Positions 1-9,153 of a DNA stretch of 64,000 nucleotides are shown in pieces (positions within the stretch are counted from its first letter, which is position 1; every line of letters begins with the position of its first letter). Under the pieces are notes generated by a model that made no database searches, had not been told where the DNA came from, and worked only from the letters and a program-made list of their open reading frames with translations. The position numbers were made by a program, and so were the translations under genes. The DNA is from Candidatus Cloacimonadales bacterium. GTDB taxonomy: Bacteria; Cloacimonadota; Cloacimonadia; Cloacimonadales; JAFGVF01. Where the stretch lies: the NCBI GenBank assembly GCA_963677495.2, contig CAXXOU010000001.1, positions 320,001 to 384,000 of the forward strand, written 5' to 3'.

Positions 1-1
1 C

Positions 2-166
2 GGTCATAACTCTGTGAGAAAAGAAGTTATTGAGACAAGGAATCTTGCGATTATTGCAACAATGATAATACGCTCTGCATTAGCAAGAAAAGAAAGTAGA
101 GGTGCCCATTTCGTAGTGGATTATCCTCAACAAAATGACAACTATTTAAAAGATACAATAATATAA
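2..166 (+). CDS. nadB: L-aspartate oxidase, C-terminal end (gene runs off the left edge)
   Basis: Manual translation from position 2: GHNSVRKEVIETRNLAIIATMIIRSALARKESRGAHFVVDYPQQNDNYLKDTII*. The RNL...RKESRGAH...DYP motif is typical of NadB/flavoprotein C-termini, and the short tail favours NadB over SdhA. Confidence 0.75.
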   Translation, partial: GHNSVRKEVIETRNLAIIATMIIRSALARKESRGAHFVVDYPQQNDNYLKDTII

Positions 167-176
167 CGGGGGAGTT

Positions 177-794
177 TTGAAAGGATTGTTTATTACTTTC
201 GAAGGGATTGAAGGTAGTGGTAAAAGTACTCAAGTGAGATATTTAAAAGAGTGGCTTGAATCACTTGGGCATAAGGTGTTGTTAACTCGAGAACCGGGTG
301 GTCCTCAGATATCAGAGGAGATAAGGAAACTTCTATTAAATCCGGAATATCCTGAAATGTTACCTGAAACTGAATTGTTGCTGTATATGGCAAGCAGAAG
401 TCAGCATACCGGAGAGTGGATAATACCGGCTTTGGAAGAGGGGAAAATCGTGATATGTGATAGATATTTTGATTCTACAATCGCCTATCAGGGTGCAGCA
501 AGGAAGATTGATTTGGATTGGATCGATAAACTCACTGATTACGCTACTTACTCTCACAAACCAGACGTAACATTTTTATTAGACATTACAGTTGAAACCA
601 GCCTTGAACGTATTTCTCAACGAAGTTGGGATAGGATCGAAAATGAAGCTGTTGAGTTCCATAAAAAGGTTCGAGACGGTTTCTTAGCATTAGCTGAAAG
701 AGAACCGGATCGAATAATAAAACTTGACGGTGACCTTCCGCAAGTTAATATATCAGAACTTATTAAACAAGAAACTTTAAAATATTTAGGATGA
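177..794 (+). CDS. tmk: Thymidylate kinase
   Basis: FITFEGIEGSGKST P-loop, TREPGG, and DRYFDSTIAYQG motifs; TTG start after a GGGGAG RBS. Confidence 0.95.
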   Translation: MKGLFITFEGIEGSGKSTQVRYLKEWLESLGHKVLLTREPGGPQISEEIRKLLLNPEYPEMLPETELLLYMASRSQHTGEWIIPALEEGKIVICDRYFDSTIAYQGAARKIDLDWIDKLTDYATYSHKPDVTFLLDITVETSLERISQRSWDRIENEAVEFHKKVRDGFLALAEREPDRIIKLDGDLPQVNISELIKQETLKYLG

Positions 795-804
795 GGTCTT
801 TTTT

Positions 805-2421
805 ATGAAACGAACATTGAGAATTGTCTTACTAGTCCTTATTTGGGTTGCTGTAGGGGCGGCAAGCTTTAGAACAGCGTACTTATACGCACAAAACAGT
901 AAGCCTAAAAAAACTGATATCTATACTAATTTGCATCTATTCAACCAGGTTCTTGACAGACTTAAGAAGAACTATGTTGAAGACTTGGATAATGAAGAGC
1001 TGATTGAAAGTGCGATTGAGGGTATGCTTAAAGAGTTAGACCCACATACAAGTTTCTTTACTGCTGATGAATTTGAAGACTTCACATCCGGAACAAAGGG
1101 TGAATTTGGTGGATTAGGAATTCGAATTGATAAGAAAGGTGACTATATCACAGTAGTCAGCCCTATGGAAGGTACTCCTGCTTATAAGATGGGTATAATG
1201 TCCGGTGACAAAATCATAAAAGTTGATGGTGAAAGTGTCGTAGCAGTTGATACCGATGATGCCATTAAATTGATGCGAGGAGAAAAAGGCTCAAAAGTTG
1301 TTATAACTATTCAACGACCCGGTGTGAAAGAGCCATTAGACTTTGAGATTATTAGAGATATTATCAAAATCCAGAGCGTTCCATATGCTTTCACAACTGA
1401 ATCCGGCATTGGATATGTAAAAGTTAATCAATTCAATGCTAACACTACAAGAGAGTTCCGCTCAGCACTTGATGATCTTGAAAAAGAGGGAATTCGAGGA
1501 CTAATTATTGACCTTAGATATAACCCGGGTGGACTTCTATCCGAAGCTGTGAATATGGTTAATGAGTTTGTTGGAAAAGACAAGCTAGTAGTATTCACAA
1601 AGGGAAGAGCTAGTGGAACTTCCACTGAATATAAAACCAAATTTAACAGACAGCGTGAAGGTTATCCGGTTGTTGTGTTAGTAAACGAAGCCTCTGCAAG
1701 TGCTGCTGAAATCTTTGCAGGTAATATGCAAGACTATGATAAAGCTGTTGTTCTTGGTAAACAAACGTTTGGTAAGGGCTCGGTACAGCAGCTGTTCCCG
1801 CTTTCAATGGATAAAGGAATCAAGGTTACTGTCTCTCATTACTATATTCCATCAGGTAGATGCATCCATAAGAAGATTAACGATAAAATCTTGCGTGGAA
1901 AAGAAGTAAGTGATGAAGAGAAGAAAAAGGCTGAAGAAGAGATTGAGAATGAGCTTTATAAAACCCTTATCAGAGAACGTGAAGTTCATGGTGGTGGTGG
2001 AATCAAGCCTGATATTGAGCTGGAAAGAAACAAGATTACTAAGTTTGAGATAGAGCTTAGAAGAAAGAATTTATTCTTCAATTATGCAGTGGACTATGCA
2101 GTGGAAAATGGTGAAAAAATAACGGAAGATTTCCAAGTAGATAAAGTCACTTTTGAGAACTTCCTTGATAAAGTCAAAGATGAAGGTATCGAGTACACAG
2201 AAGCTGATGTTGATAGTGCCAGGACATTTATCGAAGTATCATTAGAGAGTGATTTACTAACTAAGAAGTATGGACCTGAGAAAGCTTATCAGCATAACCT
2301 AGAGCTTGATAAACAGTACAATGAAGCGGTTAGAATTTTAGAAACTTATCCAACTTTAGATGCATTGTTTGAATATGCTAAGACACAAAAGATCGAGGGA
2401 AAAGATGTCAAAACAGACTAA
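805..2421 (+). CDS. S41 family C-terminal processing protease (PDZ + S41)
   Basis: N-terminal hydrophobic segment, FGGLGIRI PDZ motif, DLRYNPGGLL, SASAAEI catalytic Ser, TFGKGSVQ. Confidence 0.93.
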   Translation: MKRTLRIVLLVLIWVAVGAASFRTAYLYAQNSKPKKTDIYTNLHLFNQVLDRLKKNYVEDLDNEELIESAIEGMLKELDPHTSFFTADEFEDFTSGTKGEFGGLGIRIDKKGDYITVVSPMEGTPAYKMGIMSGDKIIKVDGESVVAVDTDDAIKLMRGEKGSKVVITIQRPGVKEPLDFEIIRDIIKIQSVPYAFTTESGIGYVKVNQFNANTTREFRSALDDLEKEGIRGLIIDLRYNPGGLLSEAVNMVNEFVGKDKLVVFTKGRASGTSTEYKTKFNRQREGYPVVVLVNEASASAAEIFAGNMQDYDKAVVLGKQTFGKGSVQQLFPLSMDKGIKVTVSHYYIPSGRCIHKKINDKILRGKEVSDEEKKKAEEEIENELYKTLIREREVHGGGGIKPDIELERNKITKFEIELRRKNLFFNYAVDYAVENGEKITEDFQVDKVTFENFLDKVKDEGIEYTEADVDSARTFIEVSLESDLLTKKYGPEKAYQHNLELDKQYNEAVRILETYPTLDALFEYAKTQKIEGKDVKTD

Positions 2422-3043
2422 TGCGAACTTACTATCAATGATGATTTATGTTGTTGATGACGACTCACTTAACATTAAAATATTAAAGCGAAATTTCGAG
2501 AATAATGGATTTACTAATGTACACACTTTTCTTAAAGGTGAGGAGCTAATTTTAGCTTTGGAAAGAGAAGCCCCTGATTTGATACTGTTAGATATTGTGA
2601 TGCCCGGTATGAATGGTTATCAAGTTCTGGAAAAAGTTAAAGATAATCCAATCTGGAACCATATTCCTGTAATTATGCTTACTGGTGTTTCCGGTACTGA
2701 TGAAACTGAAGCTCTTAAAAATAGCTTTGAAAAAGGGGCAATGGATTATATAACTAAACCTTATAAACAGATGGAGCTGATACTTAGAGTAAAATCTGCT
2801 CTGACTATTGAGAAGCAGCGTAAAGACCTAAGGGAAGCATTAGCAAAGGTAAAAACACTGGAAAACTTGCTTCCTATCTGTTCATATTGCAAGAAGATAA
2901 GAAATGATAGTGACTATTGGCAAGATGTTGAAGTATACATATCAGAACATACAGATACTATGTTTAGCCATAGTATCTGCCCGGATTGTTATGAGAAACA
3001 TGTAAAACCTCAATTGCAAGAGAGTATAAAAAAGAATAAGTAA
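2405..3043 (+). CDS. Response regulator (REC domain + C-terminal Cys-rich domain)
   Basis: VVDD...PDLILLDIVMPGMNG...DYITKP receiver domain, then LPICSYCKKIR...FSHSICPDC. The ATG at 2405 follows GAGGG and is the likely start. Confidence 0.88.
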   Translation: MSKQTNANLLSMMIYVVDDDSLNIKILKRNFENNGFTNVHTFLKGEELILALEREAPDLILLDIVMPGMNGYQVLEKVKDNPIWNHIPVIMLTGVSGTDETEALKNSFEKGAMDYITKPYKQMELILRVKSALTIEKQRKDLREALAKVKTLENLLPICSYCKKIRNDSDYWQDVEVYISEHTDTMFSHSICPDCYEKHVKPQLQESIKKNK

Positions 3044-3213
3044 AAGGAAAGGAATAATATAGAAGAGATAACGTGTTTGATTAAGTATTATAAGCTGTGA
3101 CGCTATATATACTATATAGAGAAAAAGTTTGACAGATATTTGTCAAAAATTAATATACTGTCCCAGAATTATTTTTGGATTTTAACGGTCTATATATCAT
3201 ATAAGGAGGAAAT

Positions 3214-6200
3214 ATGACCAAGAAAACTGCAATGTTTATGATGTTACTTGCATTAATGGTTTCATCAATTTTTGCAACCCCTCTATTCGAAGGATTTGAG
3301 GGTACTTTCCCGCCTACCGGCTGGACAAGCGTAATGGTCGCTGATCATGACTGGACACAAGAAGCTGATGCTTATGCTGGCTCAAGTGCTGCAGGTTACG
3401 CAGGAACAGCTAATGCTGGTGAAGCAATTCTTACTTCACCTAGACTTGACTTAACAGCAGGTACTGCTGATAACTTATCTTTCTGGTACAAAGCTGCTGA
3501 TTGGCTTGGTGACCAGAATGAACTCTATGTTGAATATTCATCTGATGGTGGAACAACATGGGTAGAGATTGCTCATTTAATGAATGCTGAAGATTATACT
3601 CAACAGTCTTTTGACTTAGAAGGTCAAACACAGACTGATGATGCTTATATTCGCTTCAGAGCAATTGACCTCTATGGTTATCCTGTATTAGTCGATAATG
3701 TAGTTGGTCCAATGCTTTATGGAACAAATCCAATTGTTGACTTACAAGCTGTTGCTATTAGTGGAAACAACTCACCAACTGTTAATACAGTTACAGATAT
3801 TACTTTAACAGTATTCAATGCAGGTGATGTTGATGCTACTAACTTCGACGTGAAATTGTTTGATGAAAATGATGTAGAACTTGCTACACTTCCTGTAACA
3901 GGCCTTGCTTCTTTAGCAAGTGATGACTATATGCTTTCATTCACACCAACAGTTGCTGGTGCAATGAATGTTTATGGTGCAGTTGTAAGTACAGAAGATA
4001 CAGATGCATCTAATAATGAAACAGGAATGCTTGCTCTTAACGTGCAAGGTGCAGGTACTGCTGTTGTAACTATTGGTGATGCTTCTGAAACTCAATACAG
4101 AACACCTTATAACTTATATTATAAGAGTTCATTAGCTCAGATGATCTACCCTGCTGCAGATATTACAGCCGGTGGTCTTCTTACTGCTATTTCATTCTCT
4201 GCAAGTATCTCTTCAACAGATATCCCTGCAGGTCTTCCAATCAACATTTGGATTGGTGAAACAGCTGACGCTACACTTACAGCTTTCGAAGCTTCAACAA
4301 ACCTTACTCAAGTTTATCAAGGTACAGTTGATTTCGCAGCTGGTGATGCTGATTATATGTTCACTCTTGATACTCCATATGCTTGGGGTGGAAATAATCT
4401 TTTAGTTTCTGTAGAAAGACCTATGGATGCAGATTACTATTCATCATCAGATGTATGGTATAGCACTGCTTGTCCTGAAGGTGAAGTTGCTTACTATCAA
4501 AGTGACTCAACAGCTCCAGACCCAACTATGCCTCCTGCAGCTACTTTAGCTACAGTAAAACCTGACGTTCAACTTTATTTCATGACTTCAGGTCTCGGTT
4601 CAATTTCTGGTGTTGTTACAGACGGAACTAACCCTGTTGCCGGTGTATCTCTTGCACTTGACGGAACAAACTTCAGTGCTATGTCAGCTGCTGATGGAAC
4701 ATATAGCTTCCCATACGTTCCTGCTGATACATATTCAATCATTGCTACAATGCATGGATATGCTGATTCACAGGTTGATGGTGTTGTTGTTACTGAAAAC
4801 AATGATACTATGCAAGATGTTACAATGACAATGCTTCCAATGGTTAACGTAACAGGTCAGGTTCTTGCATCTGATACTGCTGCTGGTATCCAGGCAAGCA
4901 TCGAATTAACTGGTTATGAAAACTACATGGCTGACACAGATGCTATGGGTTACTTCACTATTCCTGTATTTGCAGGTCATGAGTATGCCGGTGTTGCAAC
5001 TGCTGACGGTTATAACAGTGCTAGCTTCACAGCTACAGTTGGAACAACAGACCTTGACTTAGGTACAATCACTGTTACTGAGATTGCTTTCCCTGTAACT
5101 AACGTTGTTGCTGAAGAAGTTGCTTCTGATGCTGTTGTTACTTGGAATCCAGCATTCCAGGGTGGCGGTGGAACAGGTACTGGTTTTGCTCAAGGTTTCG
5201 AAAACGAATTCCCTCCAACAGGTTGGAACGTTCAGATTCTTAATGCTGACGACGGTGCACATTTCCAACAGTTTGGTGAAGTTGCTTACACACCACCTGT
5301 AACTCCTACAGAAGGTTCATTCCAGACTGGTGTTCAGTGGGCTTATACAAACCAAGACGAATGGTTAATCACTAATGCATTTGATTGCCCTGGTGCTTCT
5401 AACTTAACATTCGATTTCTACGGACATTATGGCTCAACTAATGCTGACCATTATGAAGTTAAAGTTTCTACTGACGGTGGAACAACTTGGACAGTTCTTT
5501 GGGATGCTTCTGCACTTCCAGAAGGTGACAATGAATACACTGCTCCTGTAATGATTGACTTAAGCATGTATGCTGGTCAAAACATCACTCTTGCTTGGCA
5601 TTTCTACGATGGTCCAACAGATGATGGTCTTTGGTATTCAACATTTATCGACAACGTAGTTGTTGGTAATGCTACTCAAAGAGTACAGTTTGCCGGTAAC
5701 GACTTCACACACGTAAGTAAAGCTACTCCTTCTGATGTTGTTACATACAACCCAGGAAGAAAATATAAGAATCCAAACGAACCTGTTCATCCTATCGTAA
5801 CTTCACACGATACACGTTCATTCATGGACTACACTGTTTATCGTCTTAACTTCGGTGACGAAGCTGACATGAACTTATGGACAGAACTTGCAACTATCAC
5901 AGATACTACTTATACAGATACTGACTGGAGTACTTTAACAGCCGGTACTTATGAGTATGCTGTTGTTGCTAACTATACTAATAATGTAGCATCTGATGCT
6001 GCTATTTCTAACTGGCTTATCAATGGTATGATGGGTAGCTTAGCAGTTACTGTTACAACTAACGTTGGTACAGTTCCTGTTGGTGCTGAAGTTGTTATCA
6101 CAAGCCAGAACATGAACCCAGACGGTGAATATCCTGTTTACACTGCCATGACAGATGACATGGGTGTTGCTACATTCACTGACGTTTGGTTCTCTACATA

Positions 6201-8313
6201 TGACCTTACAGCATCACTTGATGGTTTTGCTGCTGGTACTCTTACAGACATCGTTGTTGATGGTGACGTAACTGCTGCTGTAATGCTTACAGAAGTTATG
6301 ATTCCTGCTAACACTGTTGTTGCTGCTGTTAACGATACACAGACAGAAGTTAACCTTACTTGGGAAGCTCCAGGTGCTGGTGGAACATCTGAGTGGATCC
6401 ACAAAGACAGTGGTGAGAATAATGATGGTATCGGTCTTACAAGTGGTGGAACATTTAACGTTGCTGTTAAATTCGACGCTGCAGAACTTCAAGACTACAA
6501 TGGTATGTTCTTAAGCAGAATCAAATACTGGCCAAATGCTGATGGTACTTATGTACTTAAAGTATGGGCTGGTGACGATGGTATGACAGAAGTTTATTCT
6601 GAGCCTATCGCTGCTCCAGTAATTGGTGAGTGGAATGAAGTTCAGATGTCAGCTGCTGTTACTGTTGATGCCACACAAGCTCTTTATATTGGTTATGAAG
6701 TAACTCATGATGCCGGTAACTATGTTGCTGGTACAGACGCTGGTCCACACGTGGCTGGTGGTGACATGATTATGATGGATGGCGAAACTGCATGGAGTGA
6801 ATTACACGTTCTTGCTTCTACACTTGACTACAACTGGAATATCCAGGGTTATGTTGGTTGGGCAACTACTCGTGAAATCTCTAACCATAAAGTTGCTGTA
6901 GCTCCAAAAGCTACTGGTGAAAAAGTTGTTTATAACCTTGCACAATCAGGTATCACAAACACTTCTTCAACTTCAAGAGTTGACCGTCCTGTAACTGGTT
7001 ATAACGTATATCGTCTTAACACAGGTCAAGAAGACACACCTGGTCTTTGGACTACTGTTGGTGCTTTCGTAACTGATCTTAACTATGCTGATGATAGCTG
7101 GGCAACTGTTGCTCCTGGTTTCTACAGATGGGCTGTTAGAGCTGTTTACACAGGTGACGTTGAAGCTCCTGCTGCATTCTCTAACGAACTTATCAAAGAT
7201 ATGGTTGGTTTACTTGACGGTACTGTTGTAGATGCTGTTACTAACGCACCTATCGCTGATGCTACTGTTACTGTAGACGGAAACTCAATCCAGACAGACG
7301 CAACTGGTTATTACATGTTCTCATTACTTGAGGGTGTATATACTGTTGAATGTGCTGCTCCTGGTTATGTTTCACAGACTCAGGAAAATGTTGCTGTTTC
7401 AGGAACTCAGGTTTCTACAGTTAACTTCCAGATGGCTCAGTCAGCTGTTGTATTCGAAGACGGTTTTGAATCATACACTGATTTCACTCTTGATTTTGCA
7501 CCTTGGACTCAGATTGATAACGATGGCTTAGCAACTTATGGATTCACTAATACATCATTTGATAATAGTGGTTATACTGGTTCTTACATGGTATTCAATC
7601 CAACAACAACAACTCCTCCACTTGAAACCTTAGTTGCATACGAAGGTGACAAGATGGCTGCTTGTTTTGCTGCTATCCCTGGTGACACTGGTTCTGAAAA
7701 TGATGACTGGTTAATTACTCCACAAATTCATGTTTATGATGGTGGTACTCTTGAATTCCAGGTTAAATCATTCACTGCTGATTATGGCCTTGAAAGATAT
7801 AATCTCTACATCTCAACAACTGGTAATGCAATGGGTGACTTCACACAGATTAATACTGGTGGATACCTCGAAGCTCCAGTTGATTGGACAATGGAATCAA
7901 TTAGCCTTGATATGTATGCTGGACAGGATATCTATTTTGCTATCCAGTGTGTAACAGCAGATGCATTCATATTCTTGATTGATCAATTCATCGTTGATAG
8001 TCCTAACCCAACTGCTGAAGATGTTAACACTCCTGTAGTAACAGCTCTTCAGGGTAACTATCCTAACCCATTCAACCCTACTACTACAATCAGCTACTCA
8101 GTTAAAGAAGCTGGTCCTGTAACTATCGATGTTTATAACGTTCGTGGCCAAAAGGTTAGAACTCTTGTAAATGAAGATGTTGCTGCAGGTAACCATACTA
8201 TAACTTGGACTGGTGATGATAGTAATGGTAAAGCAGTTGCTAGTGGTGTTTACTTCTATAGAATGAACTCAACTAACTACAACGAAACTAAGAAAATGAT
8301 GTTAATGAAGTAA
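3214..8313 (+). CDS. Large secreted multidomain adhesin-like protein (cleaved-adhesin/choice-of-anchor-J-like, CARDB-like, carboxypeptidase-regulatory-like and FN3-like repeats, C-terminal FlgD-Ig/T9SS-A-like domain)
   Basis: AAGGAGG RBS and signal peptide; repeated EGFE..FPPTGW / DEWLIT / DDWLITP modules; C-terminal GNYPNPFNPTTTISY...VASGVYFYRM...KKMMLMK. Confidence 0.85.
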   Translation: MTKKTAMFMMLLALMVSSIFATPLFEGFEGTFPPTGWTSVMVADHDWTQEADAYAGSSAAGYAGTANAGEAILTSPRLDLTAGTADNLSFWYKAADWLGDQNELYVEYSSDGGTTWVEIAHLMNAEDYTQQSFDLEGQTQTDDAYIRFRAIDLYGYPVLVDNVVGPMLYGTNPIVDLQAVAISGNNSPTVNTVTDITLTVFNAGDVDATNFDVKLFDENDVELATLPVTGLASLASDDYMLSFTPTVAGAMNVYGAVVSTEDTDASNNETGMLALNVQGAGTAVVTIGDASETQYRTPYNLYYKSSLAQMIYPAADITAGGLLTAISFSASISSTDIPAGLPINIWIGETADATLTAFEASTNLTQVYQGTVDFAAGDADYMFTLDTPYAWGGNNLLVSVERPMDADYYSSSDVWYSTACPEGEVAYYQSDSTAPDPTMPPAATLATVKPDVQLYFMTSGLGSISGVVTDGTNPVAGVSLALDGTNFSAMSAADGTYSFPYVPADTYSIIATMHGYADSQVDGVVVTENNDTMQDVTMTMLPMVNVTGQVLASDTAAGIQASIELTGYENYMADTDAMGYFTIPVFAGHEYAGVATADGYNSASFTATVGTTDLDLGTITVTEIAFPVTNVVAEEVASDAVVTWNPAFQGGGGTGTGFAQGFENEFPPTGWNVQILNADDGAHFQQFGEVAYTPPVTPTEGSFQTGVQWAYTNQDEWLITNAFDCPGASNLTFDFYGHYGSTNADHYEVKVSTDGGTTWTVLWDASALPEGDNEYTAPVMIDLSMYAGQNITLAWHFYDGPTDDGLWYSTFIDNVVVGNATQRVQFAGNDFTHVSKATPSDVVTYNPGRKYKNPNEPVHPIVTSHDTRSFMDYTVYRLNFGDEADMNLWTELATITDTTYTDTDWSTLTAGTYEYAVVANYTNNVASDAAISNWLINGMMGSLAVTVTTNVGTVPVGAEVVITSQNMNPDGEYPVYTAMTDDMGVATFTDVWFSTYDLTASLDGFAAGTLTDIVVDGDVTAAVMLTEVMIPANTVVAAVNDTQTEVNLTWEAPGAGGTSEWIHKDSGENNDGIGLTSGGTFNVAVKFDAAELQDYNGMFLSRIKYWPNADGTYVLKVWAGDDGMTEVYSEPIAAPVIGEWNEVQMSAAVTVDATQALYIGYEVTHDAGNYVAGTDAGPHVAGGDMIMMDGETAWSELHVLASTLDYNWNIQGYVGWATTREISNHKVAVAPKATGEKVVYNLAQSGITNTSSTSRVDRPVTGYNVYRLNTGQEDTPGLWTTVGAFVTDLNYADDSWATVAPGFYRWAVRAVYTGDVEAPAAFSNELIKDMVGLLDGTVVDAVTNAPIADATVTVDGNSIQTDATGYYMFSLLEGVYTVECAAPGYVSQTQENVAVSGTQVSTVNFQMAQSAVVFEDGFESYTDFTLDFAPWTQIDNDGLATYGFTNTSFDNSGYTGSYMVFNPTTTTPPLETLVAYEGDKMAACFAAIPGDTGSENDDWLITPQIHVYDGGTLEFQVKSFTADYGLERYNLYISTTGNAMGDFTQINTGGYLEAPVDWTMESISLDMYAGQDIYFAIQCVTADAFIFLIDQFIVDSPNPTAEDVNTPVVTALQGNYPNPFNPTTTISYSVKEAGPVTIDVYNVRGQKVRTLVNEDVAAGNHTITWTGDDSNGKAVASGVYFYRMNSTNYNETKKMMLMK

Positions 8314-8337
8314 TTCATTAATCTCATAGATATAATT

Positions 8338-8364
8338 AAGGCCCTGCTCTATGCAGGGCCTTTT
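8338..8364 (+). terminator. Rho-independent terminator
   Basis: AAGGCCCTGC-TCTAT-GCAGGGCCTTTT stem plus T-run between convergent genes. Confidence 0.85.
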
Positions 8365-8397
8365 CATATACTGAACACTCTTGGTCGACAAATTCTA

Positions 8398-9051
8398 TCA
8401 GCTCATTTCAACAACTTTCTTAACAAGTTTGGATATACCTTCAAACACTTCAGCATGACTTGCATCATTCATGAATGCAGGTGTTGTGACGATCTTCATT
8501 TTCTCATCAACTGCAATTTCGGAGGATGGTAACAACTCTATATTTACTCCCATCTTCTTCTCTGCATTCTTCCATTTCTTATCAAGACCCGGAGTTACTT
8601 TGAAGCCTGTATCCTTGAAATGAAGCATAAGTAGTACTGGAGAAATACAAATTGCTCCAATCGGTTTACCTATTCTGTGAATTGAATCTATAAACTTAGC
8701 AACATCATCTCTAAGCTTTCCGGATAGACCTTCCTCTACAAATGAAGAGAAATTCTTGGCAGCTCCCAGTCCTCCCGGTATTATCAATCCATCAAGAGTC
8801 TCAGGATTGGCTGCATCCAATGCAATAATCTCTCCTCTTGCAATTCGAGCTGATTCTTTTAGGATATCCCTAACGTCATTATCATCGGTATCAGTTACGT
8901 AGTTAAATACGTCCATTTGCTTTCTATTCGGAGCAATAAAAGTTATTTTTGCATCACATTGAGATAAAGCCAAAACTGTGAAAGTAGACTCATAGATCTC
9001 AGAGCCATCCTTATTCCCACACCCGGCTAATAGTACACCAATATTCTTCAT
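8398..9051 (-). CDS. elbB: ElbB-like glyoxalase (DJ-1/PfpI superfamily)
   Basis: VLLAGCGNKDGSEIYE, ESARIARG, IIPGGLGAAKN, ICISP and IVTTPAFM motifs. Confidence 0.85.
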   Translation of the reverse strand: MKNIGVLLAGCGNKDGSEIYESTFTVLALSQCDAKITFIAPNRKQMDVFNYVTDTDDNDVRDILKESARIARGEIIALDAANPETLDGLIIPGGLGAAKNFSSFVEEGLSGKLRDDVAKFIDSIHRIGKPIGAICISPVLLMLHFKDTGFKVTPGLDKKWKNAEKKMGVNIELLPSSEIAVDEKMKIVTTPAFMNDASHAEVFEGISKLVKKVVEMS

Positions 9052-9153
9052 TATATCTCCTCTTTATTTTTTCTTTGACATCTGATTAGTAGTTGTATAG
9101 TTAATGTACCTTATTCGAAAAAAACTTAGTTTCAGCGAGTGTAAAGGAAATCT

